Source of the DNA: Candidatus Thorarchaeota archaeon
GTDB lineage: Archaea > Asgardarchaeota > Thorarchaeia > Thorarchaeales > Thorarchaeaceae
Assembly: GCA_048882325.1 (NCBI GenBank)
Contig: JBHLRS010000013.1
Span: 1 to 64,000 of the forward strand
Direction: 5' to 3'
Length of the DNA: 64,000 nucleotides
Part shown: positions 49,119-59,921 of the stretch, piece by piece
Numbering within the stretch: position 1 is the stretch's first letter
Layout: every line of letters begins with the position of its first letter
Program-made: the position numbers and the translations under genes
Notes under the pieces: model-generated
Database searches by the model: none
Told to the model about the DNA's origin: nothing
The model's input: only the letters and a program-made list of their open reading frames with translations

Positions 49119-50108
49119 CTACTCAAGGTCAGAGATAGGTGGTGGATGTTTCAATTTGAACTCTTCTGATGCATGAGTCCAGCTAATGAAATCTTCACTG
49201 GGAGGGTCAGTTACATAACGCTTTTCGCGCTCAGCCTCAAGCATTGATCTTTCCACACCTAGGAGGTCAGCCATAGTCAGCACCTGATTTCCAGAGTTCT
49301 TCGCGGTACTTAGCACAGGTGACAGCCACTCTTTCCAATTCTTACCTCTCATAAGATGATGGTCAACCACAAGAGTAGGAACCGATGACGCAAGAACTAT
49401 CAATGATCTCTGAGCAGCCTCTCTCTCGTCATCAGTGAACTTTGATAGATAGATAGGAGGACCACCAACTATCAACAAGTCAGGTGCAATCGACAGGATG
49501 TATTGAAGAGTTTCTTGGACAACAGGTCCCTGAATGTCAGGTGCGAATAAGAAACGATTTTCTGAGTACTCGACAAGCGTTGCTAACACATAGCCTAGAA
49601 ATGAATTTTCTGGACCATGAGGAAGTGGTTGTGAATAGGTGACGAAAGTATCCCCGAATTTGAACTTTCGATCATCAGCCCATTCTATCTTTGAAACAAC
49701 ATCGCCAATGTCTTTCTCGAAGTAAAAACCACGTCGTCTCTGGGAAGGATTGATTTTCGCACGGTTATCTTTACTCAAAACCACCTTATCTGCAAACATA
49801 TCTCTACGTTCTTCCTTCGAACTTAGATTGTAGAGTTTATTATCAAAGCCTGGTCTGACATGATCGTAATGATAATGTGAGATTGAGAGTACGTTCGAAT
49901 TTGCAGCAGCCATGTTGATCTTGTCAAGTGAAGTTTTCAAAGCCTGATATTCTGTAGGATGCGGTTCTAAACCATATCGCTTTGCCAATGCAGCAGATGG
50001 ATCAAATAAGATGCTTAGGTCAGGAGTGATAACGTGAGTGCAGAGGGACCTCGTACCAAGACTTTCTGCAGCCAATGGGATGATATCAATCTCTCCTAAC
50101 TTCATCAC
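49119..50108 (-). CDS. MBL-fold hydrolase, UPF0282 family
   Basis: LAAESLGTRS, ISHYHYDH, INPSQRRRG, PHG, DIQGP, GGPPIYL, DHHLMR. Confidence 0.88.
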   Translation of the reverse strand: MMKLGEIDIIPLAAESLGTRSLCTHVITPDLSILFDPSAALAKRYGLEPHPTEYQALKTSLDKINMAAANSNVLSISHYHYDHVRPGFDNKLYNLSSKEERRDMFADKVVLSKDNRAKINPSQRRRGFYFEKDIGDVVSKIEWADDRKFKFGDTFVTYSQPLPHGPENSFLGYVLATLVEYSENRFLFAPDIQGPVVQETLQYILSIAPDLLIVGGPPIYLSKFTDDEREAAQRSLIVLASSVPTLVVDHHLMRGKNWKEWLSPVLSTAKNSGNQVLTMADLLGVERSMLEAEREKRYVTDPPSEDFISWTHASEEFKLKHPPPISDLE

Positions 50109-50592
50109 CAGACTTCCTGTAATAGATTAGATGATACCCATCTTCATCATGCTTCAGCTCAGCCTCATAGGGTGTTAAAGATGGCTCATTCTGAAAACAA
50201 TGGAACATCTCAAAGTCAGAGGGAAGAAACCGCCCTTTTGCAGATTCAATCTCGTCCTCAGTGAATAGTGCGAGATCCCCTTCCCGATGATTCTTAGTAA
50301 ATGATGCAATTTCTGCATAACCAACAAAAATGAGAAAGTGAGAAGATAGTGATTCATCGGATTCGACAAGCCTCTCAGAAACAAGTCCGCGATATTCATA
50401 GTTATTGACCTTGAATGCACCAGTTTCTTCCCTAACCTCTCTTGTGGCAGCAGCCCGTATATGTTCCCCTAGTCCAACCTTGCCTCCTACCAAACTCCAA
50501 AGATTCTCATACGGTGGATTTCGCCTCTGTAGGAACAAATAACGTTCACCAACACGGAGTATGGTGATTGCAATTGGTACTAGTTTAGTCAT
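50086..50592 (-). CDS. NUDIX hydrolase
   Basis: GGKVGLGEHIRAAATREVREETG. Confidence 0.9.
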   Translation of the reverse strand: MTKLVPIAITILRVGERYLFLQRRNPPYENLWSLVGGKVGLGEHIRAAATREVREETGAFKVNNYEYRGLVSERLVESDESLSSHFLIFVGYAEIASFTKNHREGDLALFTEDEIESAKGRFLPSDFEMFHCFQNEPSLTPYEAELKHDEDGYHLIYYRKSGDEVRRD

Positions 50593-50710
50593 GTATTAAT
50601 CCACCGATACTGGAGATGATGAAGCCACTCCTTTAAAGCTAGAGGCTGTCCTATCCTCTTGAAGCTAAAATTCATAGCAAGCAAAAAACCACATAGGAGT
50701 AGGTCTGAAA

Positions 50711-52198
50711 TTGGAACAACTGTTAACCGATGATGTAAGGAGAAGAATTCTAGCAGAGATAACCCCAACTCGGAAAGAGCTAGACCTACAGAACACTGTA
50801 ATTCAGACACTAATAGATGCACTAGCAAATCATACCGGTTCACAGCAGTTTTCATACTCGTTCATTGAGGCACAAGGTTCTACAGGAAAGAAGCAGACTC
50901 AACTTCGAGGCGCTGCTGATATAGACCTGTTTGTGGGACTTATTCCCGATGAATACGGTAATATTCTAGAACAACCGTTACCGAAGAGACACAAGGCCAT
51001 TGACGATTTGATGAACTGGATGATCAAGAATTGGTTTGAACCTGCGGTTGATAGGTTAAACGTGGTTAACGTTCAGCGAGCTTTCTCACAACACCCATTC
51101 TTGTCACTAAGGATGAACGGATTGGAGATAGATATTCTAGGATGTTTCGACATTAGTGCGGACCATCTTTCAAGAGAAGGACCATATACTGCAGTCGACA
51201 GAACTGTTCATCATACGCGTTACATTGCAGAAGCTATCACACGGGTAAAGAGAGAAGATGCCAGGATACTGAAGTCATTTGTGAGAGCGAGTCATGCGTA
51301 TGGTGACCAGTGTGCTGTTGGGAGAATGGGGATAACAGGAGTTTCACTCGAGATATTATCTATTATCTCAGACGACCTCACCCATGCGTTTGAGAACCTA
51401 GAACTACTAATTGACAGACCAATAGACCCCCAATATCGTCCTGTCAAAACTTTACGCAACAACTCGACATTCAAGGATGACTACATCATCCTTATTGATC
51501 CAACAGACCACAAACGAAATATCGCATCAAGTTTCACACCCAGAGCATATGAATGGGTGAGGCATCGGATATGCAACCTCCGGGATGCGACCAACCTAAA
51601 TGACATCGATGAAGTGTTGAACATCATACTTGAGAGTCCGATCCCAACGACTGATATTCCTCGGTGGTTAGCTAGACATGCATTTGTTTTTGAGTTCAGA
51701 TCGGATGGAACCAGACACTACACAATATTGCGAGACAAGCTCTACCGAATTGCAAGAAAGATTGAGATTGCTCTTCAATCTGAAAGAACAGGAGAAGTCA
51801 GGTTTGGAGATACTCTTTCAGAAGTGTACTTTGAGGACAACAGGTATTCGGTAGGGTTCTTGGTTGAAACACCAGAGATTTCTGACCATTATGTTAGACG
51901 GGGGCCTCCAGTGGCTTTGGTTGATGCATGTGTCGAGTTCAGAAATAACCATCAAGAGGTTGTGGAACGGGATGGTTTTTTGTGGACAACTGAAAGGAGA
52001 GCATGGGTAAATCCAAAGAGTCTCATAGACCAAGTCTTGGAGGATAGCCCAGTTATGGGATTGGTTCCGATTGAAAAACCCAGTGAGGTTTCGAAGAAGG
52101 TACTGAATGTGTTATATAGATACATTCTCCCAATTGAACAAGCATTCTCCGAAAAAATGACAAGAGTTAAGGACAGAGACCCTGACAATCCGCGGTGA
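50711..52198 (+). CDS. cca: Archaeal (class I) CCA-adding tRNA nucleotidyltransferase, divergent
   Basis: GSTGK.T.LRGAADIDLFV, HPF, TAVDRTVHH, RILKSF, DPTDHKRNIAS, RGPP. Confidence 0.85.
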   Translation: MEQLLTDDVRRRILAEITPTRKELDLQNTVIQTLIDALANHTGSQQFSYSFIEAQGSTGKKQTQLRGAADIDLFVGLIPDEYGNILEQPLPKRHKAIDDLMNWMIKNWFEPAVDRLNVVNVQRAFSQHPFLSLRMNGLEIDILGCFDISADHLSREGPYTAVDRTVHHTRYIAEAITRVKREDARILKSFVRASHAYGDQCAVGRMGITGVSLEILSIISDDLTHAFENLELLIDRPIDPQYRPVKTLRNNSTFKDDYIILIDPTDHKRNIASSFTPRAYEWVRHRICNLRDATNLNDIDEVLNIILESPIPTTDIPRWLARHAFVFEFRSDGTRHYTILRDKLYRIARKIEIALQSERTGEVRFGDTLSEVYFEDNRYSVGFLVETPEISDHYVRRGPPVALVDACVEFRNNHQEVVERDGFLWTTERRAWVNPKSLIDQVLEDSPVMGLVPIEKPSEVSKKVLNVLYRYILPIEQAFSEKMTRVKDRDPDNPR

Positions 52199-52204
52199 AA
52201 CATC

Positions 52205-53278
52205 GTGTCAGAGGATAGATTTGCTTTCATCTCACACCCGAAATCCAGCCTACATAGGATGCCCTTTCCAAAGCCACACATTGAAGCCTTTGAAAATCCT
52301 CTAAGGACTCAGATTACAGAGAGATATCTCGACAAGGAGGGTGTGCTCGAAACAGCTATCAGAATCAAGGCACCCAGAGCAAAACTGAATGACATACGTT
52401 TGGTTCATTCAGCGTATCTAGTCGAAACTGTCGAGATGATGTCAGAGATTGGCAATGGCCAACTTGGGGAGTCGTCGTATGCAAGTCCGGATCTTCTCAG
52501 AACTGCCCTCCTCTCAGTTGGAGGTGCATTGAAAGGTGCTGAGATGGTTGTTTCTGGAGAAGTCAAACATGCATTCTCCTTGATGAGACCTCCAGGACAT
52601 CATGCTACTTCCTCGAATCCAATGGGATTGTGCTATTTCAACAATGTAGCAATTGCAACTCGAAAAATAATGGAGCACGATGATGTTAGCAAGGTTTCAA
52701 TCATTGATTTTGATGATCATCATGGAAATGGCACTTCAGAAATATTCTACGAGGATAGAAATGTACAGATGATTTCTGTTCATGAGTATGACTATGAGAA
52801 CTTTGGTCTGGGAAATTTTCAGGAACTTGGCTTTAGCGATGCAAAGGGAACGAATATCAACATACCTCTACTGGAAACCTCACCGAATGTTTCATATGAA
52901 ACAGCTATTGATAGAGTGATAGAACCTGCACTCAAGAGATTCAAACCAGATGTCATAATGGTTTCCGCAGGTTATGATGCTCATTATGCAGACCCTGTGG
53001 GAAACATGGATGCAGATTCAGAGATTTTCTGGCGTTTCGGTGAGTTCATTCGAGAGATGGTAGATGCCACGAAGGCAATGGGATCAGTATGGGTTCTTGA
53101 AGGGGGATACAATCCGTTTGCATTGAGTTATTCTGTCAGAGCAAGCCTTGAGGGGCTATTAGGAAATACTCTTCCAGAACTTGATGACCAGATAGAGAGG
53201 GAAGTGTATCAGCAAATAATTGATGCAAATGATGAAATTGTGGACAAGGTTCTGGACACTTTAGAGCCTCACTGGTAA
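52205..53278 (+). CDS. Histone deacetylase family protein
   Basis: RPPGHHA, GLCYFNNVAIA, DFDDHHGNGT, SAGYDAH..DP, LEGGY. Confidence 0.92.
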   Translation: MSEDRFAFISHPKSSLHRMPFPKPHIEAFENPLRTQITERYLDKEGVLETAIRIKAPRAKLNDIRLVHSAYLVETVEMMSEIGNGQLGESSYASPDLLRTALLSVGGALKGAEMVVSGEVKHAFSLMRPPGHHATSSNPMGLCYFNNVAIATRKIMEHDDVSKVSIIDFDDHHGNGTSEIFYEDRNVQMISVHEYDYENFGLGNFQELGFSDAKGTNINIPLLETSPNVSYETAIDRVIEPALKRFKPDVIMVSAGYDAHYADPVGNMDADSEIFWRFGEFIREMVDATKAMGSVWVLEGGYNPFALSYSVRASLEGLLGNTLPELDDQIEREVYQQIIDANDEIVDKVLDTLEPHW

Positions 53279-53370
53279 GGTGGTAACTCATTATTCGGGG
53301 TGGTGGCATGAACAAGATTTTAAGGCCACCCGAGTTGCAGGCGCACAATCAGTCATGGTGGAACTGAAAA

Positions 53371-53667
53371 TTGGGTAAGAAAAGAAAATCTGGTGGCAGA
53401 AGCAAAGGCAGTTCAGGCAAGAGCGGAACTGTTCAATGCTCGAAATGCGGACGCATTGTGCCAGCTGACAAGGCAAAGAAATACACGAAGAGAGTATCAG
53501 CTGTTGATCCTCAGCTTGCAAGAGAGCTTAGGCAGCAGGGTAGCTTTATCCAGACCAGAAAAGTGACTTCATACTATTGTGTGAGCTGTGCAGTCCACGC
53601 TGGAAGGGTCCAGATAAGACAAGCTACAGAGAGAAAGACCGTACCCGGTCGTCAGCGTCGATATTAA
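53371..53667 (+). CDS. rps26e: Ribosomal protein eS26
   Basis: KKRKSGGRSK, CSKCGRIVPADKAK, YYCVSCAVH. Confidence 0.95.
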   Translation: MGKKRKSGGRSKGSSGKSGTVQCSKCGRIVPADKAKKYTKRVSAVDPQLARELRQQGSFIQTRKVTSYYCVSCAVHAGRVQIRQATERKTVPGRQRRY

Positions 53668-53739
53668 ACTCATCATGAACGCTCTTCATGGCAAACCAAC
53701 TGACTCATTCGACGAGTAGCATTATAGCTGGTATGCCAA

Positions 53740-54327
53740 ATGCCAGAGTCCACCATGCTCAGATTCGTGCAGATTTTGCCGCATGTTTCCCCAGAAGGGG
53801 ACTTTCTTTTGAGAGACCTACCGGGATCTGGCAAACGGATAGACGTGCTCTGTCGTGACCTCGAAGCTTGTTTTGATTGGGGACCAGTCACTTGGTCCAC
53901 ATCACATCTCGAAGTAATTGCCATAATAGGGAATCGTAGAATTCTAACATTTCATTATCCTAAGAGCAAACTCCCAACTGGAGAGTTCGAGTGGGCAGAT
54001 CTAATTCGAGCCTCGTTGCAAGGACACCCTCCTGATTTCATTGATGTGTCTGATGGATCATTGGAGGACCTCATCAAGATGCTTTTGGACACAACATCAA
54101 CCTCACTGTGGGTTCTTGATGAAGAAGGAATCAATCTATCCGAAACTTTGATTCATCCAAATTCTCAGAACAGTTTTATGCTTGGCGACCATAGAGGATT
54201 TGATTCTCAAACAGAGAAGGTCATTTCTCAGTACAACATACCAACAATATCACTTGGGGGGAAGAGTTATCTTAGCAGTCATTGTTTAGCTGCAATAATC
54301 TCGGAGTTAGAAAGGATGGTCAGCTAA
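53740..54327 (+). CDS. trmY: tRNA (pseudouridine54-N1)-methyltransferase TrmY-like SPOUT protein
   Basis: DLPGSGKRIDVLCR, LDEEG, FMLGDHRGF, ISLGGKSYLSSHC. Confidence 0.75.
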   Translation: MPESTMLRFVQILPHVSPEGDFLLRDLPGSGKRIDVLCRDLEACFDWGPVTWSTSHLEVIAIIGNRRILTFHYPKSKLPTGEFEWADLIRASLQGHPPDFIDVSDGSLEDLIKMLLDTTSTSLWVLDEEGINLSETLIHPNSQNSFMLGDHRGFDSQTEKVISQYNIPTISLGGKSYLSSHCLAAIISELERMVS

Positions 54328-54668
54328 TGCCAGACGACGACCAAAAACCCAAAGCCATGACAAGACTTGTGAATAAACTGACCAAAGAGATGCTTTGGAT
54401 GTACATTCTTCGTTTATTGCAAGAACGCCCTCACTACGGATATGAGATTAAGGAACTGATAACCGAACGATTTGGGTTCTCTCCAGCAACTGTTAGCGGA
54501 TATGCGATAATCTATCGCTTGACAAAGGACGGTCTTATTGAGGCGCAGAGGAAGGACGATTCTCCAAGGAAATACTATGCAATAACAGAGAAGGGCAGTA
54601 GGGCAATGACTGAGGCAAAGGCATTCCTCAGAAAAACAGTGGATATGGTGTTTGACCAGACGGACTAG
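54327..54668 (+). CDS. PadR family transcriptional regulator
   Basis: ILRLLQERPHYGYEI, RKYYAITEKG. Confidence 0.9.
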   Translation: MPDDDQKPKAMTRLVNKLTKEMLWMYILRLLQERPHYGYEIKELITERFGFSPATVSGYAIIYRLTKDGLIEAQRKDDSPRKYYAITEKGSRAMTEAKAFLRKTVDMVFDQTD

Positions 54669-55543
54669 CGTGTGTCAACGGAACTAGATATCAGGTTAGA
54701 TCTTCGTGAGACCTCATTTTCGTCTATTTGGAACTCCAATGCTTTGTTTTCAACCTTCAGACTAGCAATAGAGGATGCATAAGCACCACTGACAATGTTT
54801 GGTTTTCCAGCTATTGATTGTGCTGCGAAAGCAGCTAGGTACACGTCTCCAGCCCCATTTGCATCAACTTCCTCCGTATCATAGGCAGGTATTGTACTGA
54901 AGTCCGCGCCATCATAGATTAGGCTACCTTCCTTACCTAGTGTTATGACGCAGGTTTCAGAAGCCAACTCCACGAGAAGTTCAGCAGCCAGGTAGGGATC
55001 TGATTCACCAGTTATCAACTCAGCTTCGAGTTGATTTGGTTTTATCACATCAAGATAACTCTGAGTCTTCTCGGTCACACTGAACTCACGGATAACCTCT
55101 AACCGACCTGCTGAATTCAATCCACGGAGTTGAGGATCGAGAAAGACAAGGGCATCGGTAGAACTACATATCCATTCTACAAACTCAGCAGTGATTTCTT
55201 GAAGGGAGGGACTTAGCAATACTGCCTGTGTTTGAAGAAACTCATCAGGTACTTCCCGTATAGAGATTTTGGCTGGAAATCCGACGACACTCGTTCTTCG
55301 ATTGACCGATGGGTTTTGAAATTCGACTGCTCTAACGCGGTCACTGTTGATAAGAAAGTACTCAGGAATATCGAGTGCGTCAACACCACTGATGAATTCA
55401 TTCGCTTTGGTCTGATCCACAGAGCTGAGTACTGCCAACTGTTCGATACCAATCTTGGCTGCTGTCGCAGCGGCATAGACACTTGGCCCAGCAAGTCGAT
55501 TGCTATGGAATACTGGATTACCAATGACAACAATGTCATACAT
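54665..55543 (-). CDS. PfkB/ribokinase family kinase
   Basis: KPNQLEA, ITLGKEGS, VDANGAGDVY. Confidence 0.88.
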   Translation of the reverse strand: MYDIVVIGNPVFHSNRLAGPSVYAAATAAKIGIEQLAVLSSVDQTKANEFISGVDALDIPEYFLINSDRVRAVEFQNPSVNRRTSVVGFPAKISIREVPDEFLQTQAVLLSPSLQEITAEFVEWICSSTDALVFLDPQLRGLNSAGRLEVIREFSVTEKTQSYLDVIKPNQLEAELITGESDPYLAAELLVELASETCVITLGKEGSLIYDGADFSTIPAYDTEEVDANGAGDVYLAAFAAQSIAGKPNIVSGAYASSIASLKVENKALEFQIDENEVSRRSNLISSSVDTR

Positions 55544-56285
55544 CTAGCGAGTCACCCTTCTCTGTGGCGAGAATCATCTTCTTTGCATAGTGGAGTCTCT
55601 GGACCACTGTAATATGAGAAAGGATACCCACAATGACAATGCAAAGTGTGAGAATGTTAGTAATGTCCAAGAATACAAAGAAGTCGAGTAATGCAGGAAC
55701 AGGGGTCAGAAGATTGACCCAGATATTTGTTGGAGGGAGAGCTAGCAAGAGGATTCCTGCTATTTGAAGAATCAGTTTTTCTTGCCTTTCAGCAATTCCT
55801 ACAGTACAACTTTCCATTCCGCCGACAGATTCAGCTTTTGCACGAGCAAAACTAGCCATAATCATTCCAAAGAGTGTAAAAAAGCCCCAAAACCATGGGA
55901 CGAAGGTTGTGAACACTTCAGTTCCAGAACTATATGGCCACCACGGTATCATTACTGCGTTAATAGGACCCATTATGAGACCGACCATGAAGAGGTACTC
56001 TGCATATCTATCTAGAGTGTGGTCAAAGGTTGCGCCAAACTTTGTTGCCAAGCCTGCAGCTCGAGCAACAGCACCGTCAAACATATCCATGACTACCGTG
56101 AGAATCATAACTAACAAACCAATGATGAGATTTCCCATCGCAAAGAAATAAGCACTCACAAATGCAACTAGAACTGTCAATCCGGTTATGATGTTAGGCG
56201 TGATACCAGTTCGAGCCAGTGCTTTTCCAACTGGCATCATAGCTTTCTGATATCTTTCTCTTAGAGATCCGAGCATTTTCTTCAC
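55536..56285 (-). CDS. CDP-alcohol phosphatidyltransferase (archaetidylinositol-phosphate synthase-like)
   Basis: TPNIIT, DMFDGAVAR...GATFDHTLDRYAE, SFARAKAES, GIAERQEK. Confidence 0.88.
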   Translation of the reverse strand: MKKMLGSLRERYQKAMMPVGKALARTGITPNIITGLTVLVAFVSAYFFAMGNLIIGLLVMILTVVMDMFDGAVARAAGLATKFGATFDHTLDRYAEYLFMVGLIMGPINAVMIPWWPYSSGTEVFTTFVPWFWGFFTLFGMIMASFARAKAESVGGMESCTVGIAERQEKLILQIAGILLLALPPTNIWVNLLTPVPALLDFFVFLDITNILTLCIVIVGILSHITVVQRLHYAKKMILATEKGDSLDV

Positions 56286-56350
56286 AAATCCGGTACTGTT
56301 GGGTCGGCTTCGCCGACTTGTATCGCGTTAATAAACGTGTTGTGAGGATT

Positions 56351-58018
56351 TCACAACACACTCATGACGCGTTTCAAGACCCATTCATTTCCTAGAAGAT
56401 TGAGAAAGCCACCAAGTCTAGGACCCGATTTTCTAGATATCAGGATTCTATAGAGAACAACAAAAGCCCGCTTGTCTTTCAGACCAACTTCTCTTGCAGT
56501 TTCGAATACCTTCCCCTGTAGCTCCTCGTCATCAAGAGGGTCCCCTTTCAGTACATCGACGAATTGCCGGAGGAAATCTCTATCTGCATCGGTAAGAGTA
56601 TCAATGATTTCCTTGGGAACAGAGTCAGGAACTGCAACTCGGTCTCGTTCACTACCAAATTCCTCGGCCCAGTTCAAAGCTCTCGTGAGCCTTGTTGGAA
56701 TCAACGATTTGGCGAGGGGGGGAATCGCGGAAAGATTGTATTGTTTTTTCAAGACGTCATAACATCTTTGTAGGATTGCTTCTTCACTCAGAATTTCTTG
56801 AAGTTGTGAGGTTATAACAGCGAATTTGAAAGGCAATTTTGGAATATACTCTTCACTGAGTGTGCGTACTTCAGTGAGAGGATATAGGATCTTAGCTAAT
56901 TCCTGCTTCTCACTATCTACATCATCTAATCCATAATACTCTCGCTCAAACGATTCGTAGATGTCAACTAAATCAGGAATGAGATCGGTTTGAACATTGT
57001 TTGCCTTTTCTGGATCAGTCCTTAGAATCATATACCTGAATAATTCTGCGGGAGCAATATTCAACCACTCCCTTGGTGTGAAAACATATCCTCTGGAAGT
57101 CCCCATATCTCGCCCACCAAGACGAACCCATTCAAATGGAACTTTGACAGGACCTGCCCAACCGAACACCCGTCGAGACATCTCAAGACCAGTATCATAA
57201 GACCCGCCCTTAACAGCATGGTCCTTCCCGGCTGGCTCACAGGTCGTCTTCATGACGTACCATTTCGCAGGCCAGTCAACTCTCCATGACAACTTCAACC
57301 TGATTTTGTCGAGTTTCACTGTCGCTGAATGTCCGCAGTGTGCACATTTGTAAGAAACCTCATCACTCTCCGGATTGTATGATGTTACTCGATTGGGTAC
57401 TATTGATCCCTTACCACCACTCTGTAATCTTCCACACTCTGGACAAACAACTGTGGCAGGATACCAGGTCTTCATCGATTCGATATATTCTGCCTTCTGT
57501 TTCTCATCAAAGTCGCGAGCGACATACTCAATCAGTATCTCTCTGATAGTTTCGGTATGGTTTAGACATATACGAACAGCCTCAAGCATCTCTTTTGTTT
57601 CGTAGAGCTTTGTTTGTGATACAACCTCTGGATCTACTCCAAACTCAGGAAACGTTTCCACTAATTCATTCGTCCAATGTGCAGCCAAGCTCTCACAGCA
57701 ACCGTTCGGATCGGGAGCATCTGAGTAGGGAACCCCCATATACTCGTCTGGAGAGAGCGTCAAACTTGGTGGGAAAGCACGGATTGGATCAAAATCATCT
57801 GCAATGAAGACGGTCTTTGCTATTTTACCTATTTTCTGGAGCTCCCGTTTGATGACATCTGCAATTATGACCTCCTTCATGAAGCCAGCATGAACACTGC
57901 CACTCATGCTTTTTCCAGTCACAATTAGATACTGATCGGGATTGCGTTCCAGCACTTCACTGACAATATCTTGAATCCAGTGAATAGAGAATTCATCTTG
58001 TGATTCATCAGACGACAT
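56351..58018 (-). CDS. lysS: Class I lysyl-tRNA synthetase
   Basis: SGSVHAG, DDFDP, CPECG, KLSWRVDWPAKW, EPAGKDH, MGTSRG, GPRLGGF. Confidence 0.93.
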   Translation of the reverse strand: MSSDESQDEFSIHWIQDIVSEVLERNPDQYLIVTGKSMSGSVHAGFMKEVIIADVIKRELQKIGKIAKTVFIADDFDPIRAFPPSLTLSPDEYMGVPYSDAPDPNGCCESLAAHWTNELVETFPEFGVDPEVVSQTKLYETKEMLEAVRICLNHTETIREILIEYVARDFDEKQKAEYIESMKTWYPATVVCPECGRLQSGGKGSIVPNRVTSYNPESDEVSYKCAHCGHSATVKLDKIRLKLSWRVDWPAKWYVMKTTCEPAGKDHAVKGGSYDTGLEMSRRVFGWAGPVKVPFEWVRLGGRDMGTSRGYVFTPREWLNIAPAELFRYMILRTDPEKANNVQTDLIPDLVDIYESFEREYYGLDDVDSEKQELAKILYPLTEVRTLSEEYIPKLPFKFAVITSQLQEILSEEAILQRCYDVLKKQYNLSAIPPLAKSLIPTRLTRALNWAEEFGSERDRVAVPDSVPKEIIDTLTDADRDFLRQFVDVLKGDPLDDEELQGKVFETAREVGLKDKRAFVVLYRILISRKSGPRLGGFLNLLGNEWVLKRVMSVL

Positions 58019-58067
58019 CTATCTCTCCTCGGATAACCCCCAAGTTCGAGCTTAAAGAACATTATCA

Positions 58068-59921
58068 TCAAGAGGAGAATTCTGAGACTATCAGGTCAGT
58101 TCTTGTGGCAAAGAATATGTATGTCGGAATGGATGCCAAGAGAATCACTCCGATCATTGTCACCATGACTGCGACAATTGACAATGGAAGATATGCCAAT
58201 GATGGAACAGCGGCCTCAGGTATTAACATATAGATACTAAGAAGTGTGCTGACAATGAGTGCAGGAATTCCAGCTCTCAGTCCAACTTCTAGGCCTTCTG
58301 CAATCATCACCTTAGCAATGAAAGATGGTTTTGCTCCTACTGACCGCATGATTATGTAATCTCGAAGACGACCGAACACTGAAACTAGTAGATAGTTCAT
58401 TAGACTCAGGAACGCGCTAAGTAGAGTAACAAGAGCAAGTGGATTCAAGAGTGCCCAGATGGCATCAATTGTTTCCAGATTTCCTTCTAGTACATCCTGT
58501 TGTCTGAAGATACCAAATCCATAACTCTCAGCAAGAATCTCAATTTCACTAATGAGTGAGTCATCATAATCTTCAAGCTGAACCAAGACCAAGTTGGTCC
58601 CTGAAACCCCAAATGAATTCTGCAGCTCTGAAAGCTCCATCAGGGCCATCATACCACCATTTAGAATGTCAAAAGCCTGTGCTTTGATTTCGAGTGTATT
58701 TCCTTGTACCTCAAGGTTTTGTATGAGAGGATCTTCGAAGAGGTCACTAGCCATCTTTCCCCCAATCCATACCTGTTCTGTGTTCTCAGGAATACGACCT
58801 TCATAATACCAATCAGAGATTGATGAATCCCAATTGATACCAACTAGTACCGCATTTGATGTTCGGTCTTCTCCAACAATCTCATACTGCTCCAGCTCTT
58901 CATTCCAGACAGTAACTCGTTTCGCTTCAATTTCAGAATAGACCACAAGACGTTGTTCAACAGCGTACACACCTAAAATATCTCCCAGGTCTGTTGTTAA
59001 TGCACTGGGTATCATATCTGAACTGCTAAGATAGTTGAAACTGTTGTCAAGAGGAGAACCATAGAGCGAGTATGAGTCGTAGTAGGAATCAAGAAGGTCA
59101 GGATTCCCAACTGCGACAATGTTTTCTCCCATTGAACGTGTCACGTATGAACTTGAGGTTGTGTGAACCACTCCACCACCAATCCAGAGAATAGAAGCAA
59201 TCGTAAAACTCAGGAAAAGAGACAGTACCGTCCGCCTTGTACCTTTCAATCTTCTTCCTGTTCCTTTTGTGGCAATACGGAAAGAAAGGCCAAAACTATC
59301 AAGAAATCCTGAAACACGGACCTTTGTCCCGACATCGGGGTTCAGAGCGAGGGAGGGAGACTCTTGAACTGTGTCATAGATTGGCTTTTGAGCTGAAAAG
59401 TACCCGGCGATAACAAGGACCACGGCTAAAACTGACAATTGAATAATTGGAAAGGAATTGGTCAGTTGAATATTGGGAATGAAACCACTTAGCCAAATTA
59501 TTCCAGCTATGTACAGAATTGTACCGAACGACAGTCCAAGTACAATACTTGCCAACAGCATTATCACTGATTGAGCCATAAAGAAATCAAAGATCGTGTC
59601 TAGGAGTGTTCCTATTGATTTCATCAAACCAATATCGCGACGCCTAGTCACCATCTCCAACGAGATTGTCGTGGACACCACTGCCGCACCCAGAACAAAA
59701 ACAAGGAGTAGGATTGTCCAAACAAAGGTCGAGAAGAAAGTTCCGAAAGATGAAGACAGAGCACTTGCTACTGAGAAAGTAGATACGTCAAGTAGTACAT
59801 TCCCAAATAGAAACACAAACGTGGTCGCCGTGACTACACTCGTTAATGAGATGAGAGTGAGAGTTGTCCGAAATGGACGTCGTTTCAGATCTCGTGAGGC
59901 AAAAATCTGATGTTCAGACAT
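58068..59921 (-). CDS. FtsX/MacB-type ABC permease (duplicated)
   Basis: RRDIGLMKSIG and RDYIIMRSVGA repeats flanking an extracellular domain. Confidence 0.85.
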   Translation of the reverse strand: MSEHQIFASRDLKRRPFRTTLTLISLTSVVTATTFVFLFGNVLLDVSTFSVASALSSSFGTFFSTFVWTILLLVFVLGAAVVSTTISLEMVTRRRDIGLMKSIGTLLDTIFDFFMAQSVIMLLASIVLGLSFGTILYIAGIIWLSGFIPNIQLTNSFPIIQLSVLAVVLVIAGYFSAQKPIYDTVQESPSLALNPDVGTKVRVSGFLDSFGLSFRIATKGTGRRLKGTRRTVLSLFLSFTIASILWIGGGVVHTTSSSYVTRSMGENIVAVGNPDLLDSYYDSYSLYGSPLDNSFNYLSSSDMIPSALTTDLGDILGVYAVEQRLVVYSEIEAKRVTVWNEELEQYEIVGEDRTSNAVLVGINWDSSISDWYYEGRIPENTEQVWIGGKMASDLFEDPLIQNLEVQGNTLEIKAQAFDILNGGMMALMELSELQNSFGVSGTNLVLVQLEDYDDSLISEIEILAESYGFGIFRQQDVLEGNLETIDAIWALLNPLALVTLLSAFLSLMNYLLVSVFGRLRDYIIMRSVGAKPSFIAKVMIAEGLEVGLRAGIPALIVSTLLSIYMLIPEAAVPSLAYLPLSIVAVMVTMIGVILLASIPTYIFFATRTDLIVSEFSS

